Assembly: GCA_964016885.1 (NCBI GenBank)
Contig: OZ024740.1
Location: 258,974,001 to 259,038,000, forward strand
DNA: 64,000 nt
Reading direction: 5' to 3'
Source: Eledone cirrhosa
Taxonomy: Eukaryota
This document shows positions 1 to 13,420 of this stretch, piece by piece (positions within the stretch are counted from its first letter, which is position 1; each line of letters opens with the position of its first letter). Under the pieces are notes generated by a model. That model saw nothing but the letters and a program-made list of their open reading frames with translations. It was not told the DNA's origin and did no database searches. Made by a program: the position numbers and the translations under genes.

Positions 1-57
1 CAAATATTGCTCGACAAATGAATTGGAGATAATTATAAGGAATACTAGATATAAATT

Positions 58-115
<58 letters not shown>

Positions 116-131
116 GTAATGTTTTGCTTCT

Positions 132-191
<60 letters not shown>

Positions 192-230
192 AGAAGCAAA
201 AAATTGCTTATTGTGATCCAGTTCTTATAT

Positions 231-274
<44 letters not shown>

Positions 275-276
<2 letters not shown>

Positions 277-457
277 TTTATCTCGGGTTCAATCGGGGGT
301 AAGCACAGTCAGTAAGGTACTCAATACAAAGCAGAGTATAAATATAGAAAATCTTCTACAGGACTAGAACTGTTTCATTCGTGAAAATCATCAGGAAGCT
401 TGCTGGTGATTTCTCACGAATGAAACAGTTCTAGTCCTGTAGAAGCTCTTCTATATT
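275..457. mobile_element. HHR-bearing fold-back module (PLE pLTR-like) inserted in (TA)n
   Basis: 341-457 is an inverted repeat centred on aagctt. The left arm extends to 275 and carries gtactcaatac. Flanked by (TA)n. Same family at 4007-4052 and 47338-47388. Confidence 0.75.
353..398 (-). ncRNA. Minimal type I hammerhead ribozyme
   Basis: Minus strand reads cttc-CTGATGA-ttttcacgaat-GAAAC-agttcta-GTC-ctgta-gaag. The mirror copy on + (403-445) has a CTGGTGA core. Confidence 0.7.
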
Positions 458-459
458 AA

Positions 460-513
<54 letters not shown>

Positions 514-516
<3 letters not shown>

Positions 517-735
517 GGCGTGTGGCTGAGTGGTTAAAGAACTGGATTCGCAATCGTGAGGTTGTGAGTTCGATTCCTGGAAGGGGCGATGCGTTATTTC
601 ACAGCAAGACACTTTATTTCACGTTGCTCCTTCTACCTGGAGTTGCGACCGATAGATAGATAGTATTAGCAATTGGAAAGACCAGTGGAAACACTGTTTC
701 CTCGGTCCGATTTGACGAAAGTCGATCGTTAGGAA
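514..735 (+). mobile_element. tRNA-derived SINE (octopus OR-like)
   Basis: A-box tggctgagtggtt, B-box gagttcgattcc, TCG anticodon-like loop, then caagacactttatttcacgttgctcc body. Related copies at 9480-9790 and 54350-54505. Confidence 0.7.
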
Positions 736-896
736 TATATATATATATATATATATATATAAAGAGAGAGAGAGCGCGTGACAGAGAGAGAGAGAGAGAG
801 AGAGATAGATAGTTCGCGGTGCTGAGACCGGGAAGACCATTAATTATGGAAGAACTCAATGCATGGGAAGATGCATATATATATATATATATATAT

Positions 897-1166
897 AGTT
901 GTGTATAATGGTAGCTATGGTGCTTCCATAGGCGGTATATCAAATTTACCACTCGATATTCAGCAGAATAGAGTGTAGATAGTATAAAGAAAACGAAAAA
1001 TGTGATAAAATTTGGTCCGAACGAACTACCCGTGTCTGAAGGAACCTGCAGCCGTAGAATCATCCAGATCCATACAGGGACCATGTCTCGAGCTACCTGG
1101 CGGCGAAACAATTGAAACACGCAATAAATTAAGTCCAGATGCATCACTGATATTTCGTTTTCTTTA

Positions 1167-1172
<6 letters not shown>
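897..1172. mobile_element. Fold-back module with degenerate HHR
   Basis: Inverted arms atagtataaagaaaacgaaa (~979-998) / tttcgttttctttatactat (~1153-1172). cgtgt-CTGAAGG...GAAAC-aatt-GAA-acacg at 1031-1121, then aataaa. Between (TA)n tracts. Confidence 0.5.
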
Positions 1173-1209
<37 letters not shown>

Positions 1210-1214
<5 letters not shown>

Positions 1215-2112
1215 TAATAAAAATAATGAATAAACAAAGAAACAGTTCCTTATATTAAAAAATTCATCATTTTACGATCGTTTCTAGGATATATATGTTA
1301 GTGTTGGTATGCATATCATATAGATCTATGTAAAATATTTACAAACTATCAGAAGGAATATACATACCTACACATATATATGCTGTCTTCAGAAATAATG
1401 ATATTTGTTTATTGAAAAAAGCCAACAAAGCTTTAATACAATAGGTCTCTTTGGGAACAGGTTTTGAATTGACCAATAGAAAGATAGTGAAGGTGAAGAT
1501 GGTAAAATAGTAGTAATATAGCCTTAATTTAGGGGTAGAGGAAGGTAGATTTCAATTTTGGATGGAAAGAATATTATGAATGAAAGATTATTTTAGGGAT
1601 GAAAATAGGTGATATGCTGTCTTCCGAAATAATTATATTTATTCATTGAATAAAACCAACAAAGATTTAATATAATAGGTCTGTTTGGGAACAGGTTTTG
1701 AATTGACCAGTAGAAAGGTAATAACTGGCCAAATGGTATAATAGTAGTAATGGAACTTTAATTTAGGGGTTGGTTTTTTTCAATAAACAAATATCATTAT
1801 TTCTGAAGACAGCATATATATGTGTAGGTATGTATATTCCTTCTGATAGTTTGTAAATATTTTACATAGATCTATAGGATATGCATACCAACACTAACAT
1901 ATATATCCTAGAAATGATCGTAAAATGATGAATTTTTTAATATAAGGAACTGTTTCTTTGTTTATTCATTATTTTTATTAATTTATCTTGACTCTGTTTT
2001 CCTGTATTTTTCATCGAAAAATTTTTTTGAATACATCTCTTTTCATGATATTCGGATTACATTGAGTTCTTCATACGGAATGGACACTACCGTACATTTT
2101 GGTAGATTTATC

Positions 2113-2116
<4 letters not shown>
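1210..2116. mobile_element. Fold-back PLE-like terminus with long-stem-II HHR
   Basis: 1210-1420 is the reverse complement of ~1773-1985. Internal direct repeat ~1378-1540 / ~1613-1770. The right arm continues with attgagttct (2061-2070). Related to 62140-62570. Confidence 0.75.
1264..1401 (-). ncRNA. Type I hammerhead ribozyme with ~100-nt stem II
   Basis: tcattattt-CTGAAGA-[~100 nt hairpin]-GAAAC-gatc-GTA-aaatgatga. Stem I is 9 bp with one G-U pair; stem III region acgatcgt is palindromic. Second copy on + at 1794-1931. Confidence 0.65.
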
Positions 2117-2202
<86 letters not shown>

Positions 2203-2204
2203 TA

Positions 2205-2577
2205 TTATAAAGCTGACGGCCGTATGTATGTAACAAACTTTTCGTCAAACGACTAAATTAAACAGCACCAAATTTTCACCATAGATGTAACTTTTTCCAA
2301 GTACGACAGTGAGGGTATTTTTGTCTACTAAATTTAGTTAAAAATATTAAAGATATTTTATTGTTTATTTAAAGATTCACTTCTTTAAAATTTTCAGATG
2401 TCAACAGTTCCGGTTAGCGATCTCTCTCTCTCTTTTTTAGTCTGTCTTTTTAGATAGATACATTGCTATAACGTCGTGCCCTTATAATATATGTCTGTAT
2501 GTCTGGCTGTCTGTATTACGAAAACCATTCTGCACATTGGCTTCGCTGTGTGTGTGTATATATATGTATATATATAT

Positions 2578-2628
<51 letters not shown>

Positions 2629-3855
2629 TTAGTGTCATAAATAAGAGACAGTTTAATTTGTACATTTTATTACAGCATTCCTTTATACGTATATATACGT
2701 ATATATACGTATATATACATACATAAACATGTTATTTACAGTTGTATAAAAAAGAAGTATAATTGTTTCTACTTTTGGCACAAGGCCAACAATTATCTCA
2801 GTACATTACTGGTACTTTATTATATATCATATATATAATACGACATTCCTCTCTCTTTCTTACTCTGTCTTTTTATATAGATACATAGCTATAATGTCGC
2901 GCGCTTATAATATCTGTCTGATGTCTGTCTGTCTGCATTGACCTCGCTTCGAACCAACATTTAATTAATTATATATATATAATTATATATTCGTGTACAT
3001 ATTTTCAACAGTAATACTGTACTATATATTTTCAATAGTAATACTATACTATATATTTTCAACAGTAATACTATACTATATGTATTCAACAGTCATACTA
3101 TACTATATATTTTCAACAGTAATACTGTACAACACTATATATTTTCAACAGTAATACTGTACAACACTATATATTTTCAACAGTAATACTATACTATATA
3201 TTTTCAACAGTAATACTGTACAACACTATATGTTTCAACAGTAATATTATACTATATATTTTCAACAGTAATACTGTAATATACTATATATTTTCAACAG
3301 TAATACTGTACTATACTATATATTTTCAACAGTAATACTATACTATATATTTTCAACAGTCATACTATACTATATATTTTCAACAGTAATACTGTACTAT
3401 ACTATATATTTTCAACAGTAATACTGTACTATACTATATATTTTCAACAGTAATACTATGCTACACTATATGTTTTCAACAGTAATATTATACTATATAT
3501 TTTCAACAGTAATACTGTACTATACTATATATTTTCAACAGTAACTCTGTACTATATATTTTCAACAGTAATATTATACTATACTATATAGTTTCAACAG
3601 TAATACTGTACTATACTATATATTTTCAACAGTAATACTGTACTATATATATTTTCAACAGTAATACTGTACTGTACTATATATTTTCAACAGTAATACT
3701 ATACTATATGTTTTCCACAGTCATACTATACTATATATATTCAACAGTAATACTATACTATACTATATAATAATGCTATATTTTACTATAACAGTAATAC
3801 TATACTACACAGACGGCTTATCGTCTGTTTATCCAAGCGAAGCTAGGTAGGTCAG

Positions 3856-3858
<3 letters not shown>
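2205..3858 (+). mobile_element. Probable non-autonomous Helitron carrying a minisatellite
   Basis: 5' tataaagctgacggccgtatgtatgt... and 3' tatccaagcgaagctaggtaggtcagCTA resemble the Helitron terminal hairpin plus CTAG end. Inserted in (TA)n. Confidence 0.5.
2998..3808. repeat. AT-rich minisatellite, ~29-34 bp unit (tattttcaacagtaatactgtactatactata)
   Basis: About 25 tandem copies with a variable number of tacta sub-units. Confidence 0.95.
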
Positions 3859-3931
<73 letters not shown>

Positions 3932-4075
3932 ATGCCGTAGAACACACCAATGGTAGCTGGGCACCAGCCGGACGGGTCAGATAGTAATTATATATAATAT
4001 AGAAATGGCTTCTACAGGACTAGAACTGTTTCATTCGAAAGAAATCACCAGAAAATCCCGGCTTTCTTCACAAAG

Positions 4076-4686
4076 AAGCCTGTGCAGTGCACTGTTCGTG
4101 TGAGAGGAGTTCCACTGAAGCAGGTTGGGAAATTCAAGTATCTCGGGGACGTGTTCACGGGTGATGGAAAGCAGAAGGCTGGTGTAGTAATACGTCAGCT
4201 TCAGTATTCGGTTATCAGGAGAAGAGAGGTGGGTGAAAAAGCCGAACTGGCTATCTTCAATTCGCTATTCGCGCCAACTCTATGTTCATGAAACTTGGGT
4301 AATGACCGAAAGATTGCGTGTGTAACGTAAGAGTCGCTTCAGGTAGAGACGCTACTTTTCCGAATTGAGAGATCACAGCGCCGATATTACGGACTAGAAT
4401 GTCTCAGGAAAAAATCACTGGACAGATTTTACGGGCAAGACCAGCTGGCAGAATGTCCAGGGAGAGACACCGAGCAAAATGGTTGGATAACATCCATGAG
4501 CTCGGTTGGTCCCGTTTATGAATATAATTAGACATAGTTGCATTTCTTAGCACTCGCTGGAAGGAGTGTTTGAGGACTCTACTCCCACGAGCCCCCAAGA
4601 AGAAGAAGAAGAAGAAGAAGAAGAAGAAGAAGAAGAAGAAGAAGAAGAAGAAGAAGAAGAAGAAGAAGAAGAAGAAGAAGAAGAAG
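4076..4686 (+). mobile_element. 5'-truncated RTE-clade LINE 3' end with (GAA)n tail
   Basis: Peptides LKQVGKFKYLG, IFNSLFAPTL, ETWVMT and RARPAGRMSRERHRAKWLDNI are typical of the post-RT RTE C-terminus. Ends in (GAA)n at 4598-4686. Confidence 0.75.
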
Positions 4687-5147
4687 GCGTGTGCGTGCGG
4701 GCGTAAGCAATACTTTTGTACGCAAGCAATACTTTTATTTTATACATAAATAGGTAGATGCAATATACACATATATGTGTGTTTAAGAGAGAGGGGGTAG
4801 GAGACAGTGTATGTATATGTAAAAGCATATAACTTGATGCATATATGGCCAATGCATAAATATATATAGATGTATAGATATACATTCATATTAAGTAGCA
4901 CCAGTTTTAATCTGGTAAGACAGATATTCAGCTGAGTACTCAATACTTGGGTTTTACTACCGAAACGGCAAAAGCTCAGTCGTTGAACTCCAACTCTCCA
5001 GTATATTTATATTTTTCTCATTTTTCCCCATTTCCTCCTCTTCTAACTCGTTATCTTTCTATTTTAATATTTTACCTTATATTTCTTCAATCTACTCTGT
5101 CTTTTGCTTTGTTATTTCTGAATACTTTTACACACACACACACACAC

Positions 5148-5251
<104 letters not shown>

Positions 5252-5302
5252 GTATATATATATATATATAATTATATATATAATTATATATATAAATATA
5301 TA

Positions 5303-5543
5303 TAATTGTTTCTACTTTTAGCACAAGGCCAATAATTATTACAGTACATTACTGGTACTTTATTATATATCATATATATAATACGACATTCCTCTCTCTT
5401 TCTTACTCTGTCTTTTTATATAGATACATAGCTATAACGTCGCGCGCTTATAATATCTGTCTGTATGTCTGTCTGTCTGCATTGACCTCGCTTCGAATCA
5501 ACATTTAATTAATTATATATATATAATTATATATTCGTGTACA

Positions 5544-5547
<4 letters not shown>
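5303..5547 (+). repeat. ~245-bp direct duplicate of 2758-3004 (SINE 3' end on minus plus Helitron-internal piece)
   Basis: Near-identical sequence aattgtttctactttt...ttcgtgtacatattt at both places. Confidence 0.85.
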
Positions 5548-5591
<44 letters not shown>

Positions 5592-5630
5592 TAGATAGAT
5601 AGATATATATAGATATAGATATATATAGAT

Positions 5631-5736
<106 letters not shown>

Positions 5737-6590
5737 AAATAGGGAGACACAATGCAGGCTTTGTTTACAAACGGCTAGCGAATTTAAAAATTAGGTAGTA
5801 ATATGTGCTTATGCCATACTTGACTAAATAGAATTGAATAGAGGGAAACATGTGTGGCGTGTTGATGTAATGGTAACACATTGGTCCGGCAAACCAAAGA
5901 TGAGGGTTTGTGTCCCATGTACGTCAATACTCATCCTTTTTTTCCATGCATTCAGGGTTTTTTTTAAATCCCAAACTAACAGACTAATTCTATTGAGACA
6001 AATACGGCGTAAGCACGTGTTACTACCTAATATATATATATATTATAGAGAGGGGGGGGGACAGATACAGTTATAGCTGAAGGTTTTTTTATATAATTGT
6101 TATTTATTTATAATTATTCCCTATTATATATAGACGTAGTCATTTGTCTTACGACATATTTTTGGTGGGAGTGGGGTGTATCCTCCTCTTTTTACAGCTT
6201 CTTTTTCTTCGTTTTCTTCATCTTCTTCTTCATCTTCTGCTGCTTATTATTCTTTTTCTTAATCTTCTTATTCTTATTCTTATTCTTATTCTTATTTTTA
6301 TTGTTTTTCATCATCGTCATCGTGGACCTCTTCTTCTTCTTCTTCTTCTTCTTCTTCTTCTTCTTCTTCTTCTTCTTCTTCTTCTTTCATGTCTCCTATG
6401 TGTTACCTTTTATCAATTAACTTGCATCACCCAATCTCCCATTGCATAGTTTTTATTTATTTACTTACATTTCTATGCGTCATTAATACGAAAAACAAAT
6501 AAATGAATAGATAAATTATATATATATACATACATATATATATATACATACGTACATACATACTTACATATATTTATGCATATATAAATG

Positions 6591-6667
<77 letters not shown>

Positions 6668-6679
6668 ATATAAGTATAT

Positions 6680-6745
6680 AGGAACGAGTAGGACCCGGAC
6701 GGCTGAGCTCAAGCCGTTTCGACGGCTAATTCTGGACTAAGTAGA
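6680..6745 (-). mobile_element. Solo fragment of the Naiad-like PLE pLTR (HHR 3' half)
   Basis: ggaacgagtaggacccggacggctgagctcaagccgtttcgacggctaattctggactaa matches 55264-55323. Confidence 0.85.
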
Positions 6746-6755
6746 TATATATATG

Positions 6756-6817
<62 letters not shown>

Positions 6818-6876
6818 CATATAAGTGTATATATATATACATGTATATATATACATATATATATATATACATATGC

Positions 6877-6978
<102 letters not shown>

Positions 6979-7058
6979 GTGTGCATCTCCTTCCTGCTGC
7001 CACTTTCACGGAAACACTTGCTAAATTAAAAAGAAATTTGTCTGAAATATATATATAC

Positions 7059-7173
<115 letters not shown>

Positions 7174-7234
7174 ATATGCACCTATAGTCATATACATGCA
7201 AAAACTCAAGCATGCATGCATACACACACACACC

Positions 7235-7276
<42 letters not shown>

Positions 7277-7766
7277 CCCACACATCGTTACACACATTAT
7301 TACATTTATTGAGTTTCTCTGTGTTATTTTTTTTTAATTTAATTCAATTTAACGACGATTTTCGGCACTTCACTGAAGTAAGATAGGGGTATTCAATATA
7401 TTTACAATCTTTGTATTTGTTTTTTTTTATGCAGCCCGCTTTTTTTTTTTTGCTTTTTTGTTTTTCAACTTCTCGCTCTCTCAATCGCTTTCGCACTGTA
7501 GTCTTCCGCCCCTTTCTTCCTATTTATTGTCTATCTAGCTCTCCTTCTCTCTGTCTCTCACTTAATTATATAATCATGTTACTACAAGATGTTCCACAGA
7601 AAAACAACTTTATACAAAAACTGATATACATGTATTTAATTACGCGAACACACATATACATAAATATATTTATAATATATAATATATATACATACATACA
7701 TACATATACACACACACACACATATATATGTATATATTTATAAATATATATATATATATACATATG

Positions 7767-7842
<76 letters not shown>

Positions 7843-7920
7843 AACCTCTGTGATTCTGTGATGAAGAATTTCGCTCCGCATCAAAATGCTCCTGTTTCGG
7901 TCCCGCTGTGTGACACTGAT

Positions 7921-7976
<56 letters not shown>

Positions 7977-9213
7977 TGTGTGTGTGTGGTGTTGACATGC
8001 GCAGACTGTTAGCAATGATAACGGTGGTGAAATGCGCAGACTCTTAGCAAAGTTTATGGTGATGACATGCGCATACATATAGCCATATTAATAATTGTTG
8101 TCAGTTTCTTAATGACTCCAAAGGTTCCGAACCACGTCTTCCTTAGGATAAACATATGTTATGAATCAAAATGAAATCATTATTTGTTAATTCATAAAAT
8201 TGTATGTGTGTTGGATGTGTGTCTATCTGCATTTTTTTCTCGAGAAGCAGCAATTAATACAACAAATACAATAAATACAGTGAAAGTCCTTGTCTTTGTG
8301 GAATTGAATTAACATTAGATTACGGACGAAGAAAATATATTTTGTTTTCTTTGAAACAATTAATTCATTCATATGGAGATATCTCACTTGCTAATCTATT
8401 TCTATATTATAGACACTTACGTAATACAATAGGAAAATTCCATGCTTTAGCCTAGTAGAAAAGATAAGAATAAACGCTTGATGTATTATAACTAGCCATA
8501 ACAACACTAAAACCATCTGCTAAGATTTAGCATGCCACCTCGTTTCTTATTCCATTGAACGTACTCGATCTTGCCAGTTTTACCATCATTTGAGTACACA
8601 ATTCATTCTGCAGATAGATGCTCCTGCTATAACATGCAGCTTAAAATGCACACATCAGATGCAGTAAATCTGTGGTAAAGGCGAGAAAAAGATACGTTAT
8701 GAATATTCTCCCCGACATCCATACTTGATTTTCAATGTCTTCAGGCAGTATACAATCCGAATAACGTTTCCCTTGGTACCACCTTGTTTAGTCGACAGAT
8801 AAGCGGCTACTTTTGTTTAATCATTCGATAATGCCGCTGTAGGCTGTGATTGCTGGTTTGTCTCTAAAAGCACTGAAATGACTTCCTTTGGTCGATCATC
8901 TAAAATCCCCAAGGTTTTACAACCGAAAGATAAGGAGATTTTACCATTGAAAAAGAACCCTTTGCAATTTCCTCTATTTCCTAAACACGTCTTATAATAT
9001 TTTGTAGAAATCTTTCAACCTTCGAAAATATTTCTTCAGCCATCTTAAATTCTTAAGTTATTATCTTTCCCAGAAAATACTTAATAAGAACACTGTTCAT
9101 TAAAAATTAGTTTACAAATATGGAATCTATATACACACACATAATCACGCAAACAAAGACGAACGCACGCACATATGCACACACACACGTATATATATAC
9201 ATACACACACACA

Positions 9214-9321
<108 letters not shown>

Positions 9322-9479
9322 AAATAAATATGAAAGTGAGAAAGTGAGGGAGAGAGAGTTGAAGAGTTCACGTTTAGAACCGAGAAGACTGAATTAGTGT
9401 AATATTCGACGCATATGACCCATAATAATTTACTATGTTCTCGTTTATATAAAACAGCCCCTTCAATATATATGTGAGA

Positions 9480-9790
9480 GGAAGAGGTTGAATGCGCATG
9501 GTTTACTGATTAAGATGTTCGGCTCAAGGCCATAAAGTTGTGAGTTCGACTCTTGGACCAGGAAGACATTTTATTTTATGCTGCTGCAGTCAAATCATTT
9601 GGAAAAAGTTAGTTGTATTATTAAAGGGCCAGTCTTGTCACTCGTTGTGTCACATTGAATTTTCATGAGAACTACGTTATGGGCACACGTGTCCGTCCAA
9701 TGCTCGGCCACTTGCACGTAAATTTCACAAGCATGATTTTCTGTTGCTTGAACAACTGGAGTACTCATCACCGAAACTTATGGAGGTTCA
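9480..9790 (+). mobile_element. Degenerate tRNA-derived SINE (OR-like)
   Basis: gttgtgagttcgact B-box and body similar to the copy at 514. Confidence 0.55.
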
Positions 9791-9889
9791 ATAAACACGC
9801 AATGTGTGGGTGGGAATGTATACGGTACGTGTTTGTTGATCCTCCATCGAATGTTCCAGTTGTTTGCTTAACGGAACATCCAGTTTGTA

Positions 9890-10160
9890 ACATTAATGTG
9901 TGAGTGGTTGAGCATAACACATACACGTGTACCCTTAATGTTATTCTCCAGGAGGATTAACATCATGACACAATGAATGATAAGACTGGACCTTTGAATT
10001 ACAGTTACAACCGATGCTTGCCATTTGAGTTGACAAAAGCAAAGTGAAATATAAAATATAGTGTCTTGCTCAAGGACACGGCACGCTACGCAGTTCAGAA
10101 ATCAAACACACGAACTTATGATCATGAGTCGACCAGTCTAACCAGTAAGCCACGCGTTTT
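9890..10160 (-). mobile_element. Degenerate tRNA-derived SINE
   Basis: The reverse complement begins cgcgtggcttactggttag...gttcgtgtgtttgatt...ttgagcaagacact. Confidence 0.55.
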
Positions 10161-10435
10161 GACATTGATATCAATGAGCAGTGAGTGATGACGAATTGTA
10201 TGTGGGCATCCATCGACTCTGTCATGTGACCAATATTAGATGTTTCCAGTAGTGGTGGAGGAGGAGGCGGAAGTGGTGGAGGACGAGGAGTGAGAGAGTT
10301 GGAAGAGGAAAAGTAAGAATATGCACTAGGTTAAAGACTACGTCATTTATCAAAGACAATCTAAATGTACCTGCAAGGTATGCAGGTGATGTTCCAATCG
10401 AGATATAGCCAATATATAACACATACCACATATTG

Positions 10436-10596
<161 letters not shown>

Positions 10597-10639
10597 GCTT
10601 AGAGTTTCGGCCATTATTATTATTATTGGTGGTGGTGGT

Positions 10640-10826
10640 GGTGGATGGATTGGCAGTATCGGGAGAGGGTCGGACACGATGTTTTGACGCATAGATTTAC
10701 GGCCCTTCCCATTCTGAGTTCAAATCTCGCCGAGGTTAACTTTGCCTTTCATCATTACGGGGTCGATAAAATAAAGTACCAGTAATGCACTGGGTAATGG
10801 CTGTCCTTGTGCCAAAAGTGGAAACA
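10640..10826 (+). mobile_element. tRNA-derived SINE (octopus OK/OR-like) with (ATT)n tail
   Basis: tggcagtatcg A-box, gagttcaaatc B-box, gcctttcatc...ggggtcgataaaataaagtaccag core. Close copy at 59328-59517. Confidence 0.8.
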
Positions 10827-11055
10827 ATTATTATTATTATTATTATTATTGGTCTAAGCGGACGTATTTTTCTCGCTCACAGTAAGTCGCTATATTTGCC
10901 TGTTTAAATTATTTGTTAAATATTTATTGGTGTGTAAGGGATATAAGCCCTTAGACTTTGCCCCGTGAAGAGGAAAGTATAATATTTGGGCCTTTTGGCC
11001 CAAATATTTGAACTTTTTTTTTTACATGTTAAAAAATTTACGAAGAAAAAAAAAC

Positions 11056-12909
11056 ATGGCTGAGCCACGCCCCCCAGCGATATGTCGGCTGTCGTGCGAC
11101 AACGACGTAGAAGTTGAGAGGAGCGCTACAGCGAAATTAACACACATTGATAACACAAACACCACCACAAACAAGGTAAACAAAGACACCAATGATACCA
11201 ATAAGAACTCTAATTTGAAAAAAAAAATGACAGTAACAACGACAACGAAAATACAGATAACAAAAAAAAAAATAACAAATACAACAACAATATCAACACC
11301 ACTAACATGAAAACAAATAGCGACAACACCAACAGCAACAAAACCAACTGCACCGAGAACAACGGTGGCAACAAAGACAACAATGATAACAGCGACAGTG
11401 CTAACAACACCAACAAGAACAACGTCAACAACACCCCCAACGAAAACAAGACCACTTTCGCTGCAGCAGCAGCAAAAAAGAGACCATGCTTCAACATGGA
11501 CCTCTCAAACAAAGATGAAAAGTTGGCCCAGGCATGGAAGCTCATCAAGCAAGAGCAAACTTGGGCCAACTTAACTGTCCCGGTAAAAGCTATTGATGCA
11601 GTGGAGCGCAAAACGGTGCATTATAGATGCATCTCAGCACAAACCAAAAGGGAAGCGTTAATCCCACAAGAAGATGTCGAAGTCGCGCTGAGGTCCATCA
11701 GAGAAGACACCCAGTACATAGAGAGGGGCAGACAGTACGGCACCATTTCGGTGTTGTTCAAGTCAGAAGCCCTCGCGATGAAACACGCCATGACTCCTTG
11801 CAAAACCAGCAAGGTCATAATGTACCCCTCCCACATGGGAAAAAGAACGGCCCGTCTCCGCATTCCCATAATCCCACCAGGACTTGACATGTGGTGGCTT
11901 CTGGGATGTGTGATTGTGGAGGGGACGGATACAGTCCCTATAGAAGTGACCAGAACGGCCAGAGAGGACTGGTCCCGGGTTGTTTGTGGGGAAAAAACCC
12001 ATTTGCGAGCCTTCTGCCCTCAACTGCTGAAAGAGGCAAGGAGTCGAAAGGCTCCACTGCTGCCGACGCCGGGGCGAGGACCACAACCAACACCTGTACC
12101 GGCAAAACCACCAACAACAACACCAATAGAAAGACCACCACCAACATTGACTATCCAGGGGGGAAACGAGGAAAGCTGTCAAATTCCCCCTCCCCCTCAA
12201 AAATACACATACCAATAAAACCTTAAACATACATACAGACACACTTACAGACACAGACCCCTCATCTACCAGTAGTGAAGATGAGGGAAATCCCAAATCC
12301 CCCAAAATCCAAAAAAGGAAACACAAAAAGAAAAAAAACTCAACAAAGCACAAAAGCGCCCACAATAAAAACGCAGACACCACCCACGCAAACATCTCTC
12401 CAATAACACCAACATCAACACCACCATCACCATCACCAGAATCCCCCAAACGCAAACAACCGAAACAGGCGCAAGAACAAATATACACACAAACATCTGA
12501 AACCACAGACACCGCACTCACAACAAACACAGATACAACCGAAACAAAACCACCAAAACCATCACCACCACAGCCACGCAAACAAATAAAGTCACACCAA
12601 CAAAACATACAAAACTTCGTGCTCGTCAGGAGAGCCAACAAGGAACTGATGGCCCTCGTAGCACGAAGTGAAAATATACAAAAAGAGGGGGAAATGTTTA
12701 AATCGAGCACATTTCGCGTGCCGGAAGATTTGGTTCTGGTGCGAATGTCGCTCGACATATTCAAAGAAATACGAGACAGCTTTCCTCGGGACGTGGGAAC
12801 CCCGAACGTAAAACCCACTTCACGACTTTAAAAGGGGTTCCCAAAAGAAACCCCACTAACTATGGAGGTCGAACAACCCGACCTTCACAAGAGCCCGAAA
12901 GGTAAGTAA
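11056..12909 (+). pseudogene. Tx1 ORF1 (gag-like), frameshifted
   Basis: ATG at 11056, N/T-rich low-complexity region, FAAAAAK motif, partial zinc knuckle CGEKTHLRAFC. Split over ORFs 11008, 11307 and 12619. Confidence 0.75.
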
Positions 12910-12940
12910 ACCTTCCTCTCTCTCTGTTTAACCTGCCAAC

Positions 12941-13420
12941 ATGGCCGTATTAAGAGTAGGATGTTTAAATGTTCGAGGCCTGGGATCTTCCTGAAAGCAG
13001 GGTCACCTGCTCAACGACCTCAGGTCTATAGAAATGGATGTAATTGCAGTCAGCGTGGCCAGGATTACCGACACGCGCGCACTAGCCCCCATTTTCGACG
13101 ACTATCAGATCTTTGCAGCTGTTAGCCGGCCGGGAATGAGAGGCAGTGCTGTTTAGGAAAGGCCTGGATCTCGAGGTAAGGTCGATCTTCCGGGACACGG
13201 ACGGGAAGTTGGTGGTCTTGGACGTGAACAATAATGAAGGTGGTGCCTTTAGACTGGTGGCCGTCTATGCTCCTACTGGGGCAGGACGGCCGGACTTCTT
13301 TAGACGCCTGGAAGCCTTTCTGGGTACGTTTCGCCCTTTACTGTTAGCGGGGTACTGGAACGGCATCTTAGACGCACGCTGGGACTGTGTGGGAGTATCC
13401 GATAGGAGCGGGGGGGTGCA
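12941..13420 (+). pseudogene. Tx1 ORF2 N-terminal APE endonuclease, disrupted
   Basis: MAVLRVGCLNVRGL start, in-frame TGA at 12992-12994, frameshifts, VAVYAP motif, and GYWN in place of GD(F/W)N. Confidence 0.85.

Noticed and set aside
514-590. tRNA-Arg gene
   Set aside because: The acceptor stem is not formed and the sequence continues into a SINE body.
8500-9045. Non-repetitive stretch with short minus-strand peptide runs (MAEEIFSKVERFLQ...)
   Set aside because: Multiple stops and no recognisable domain; BLASTx would be needed.
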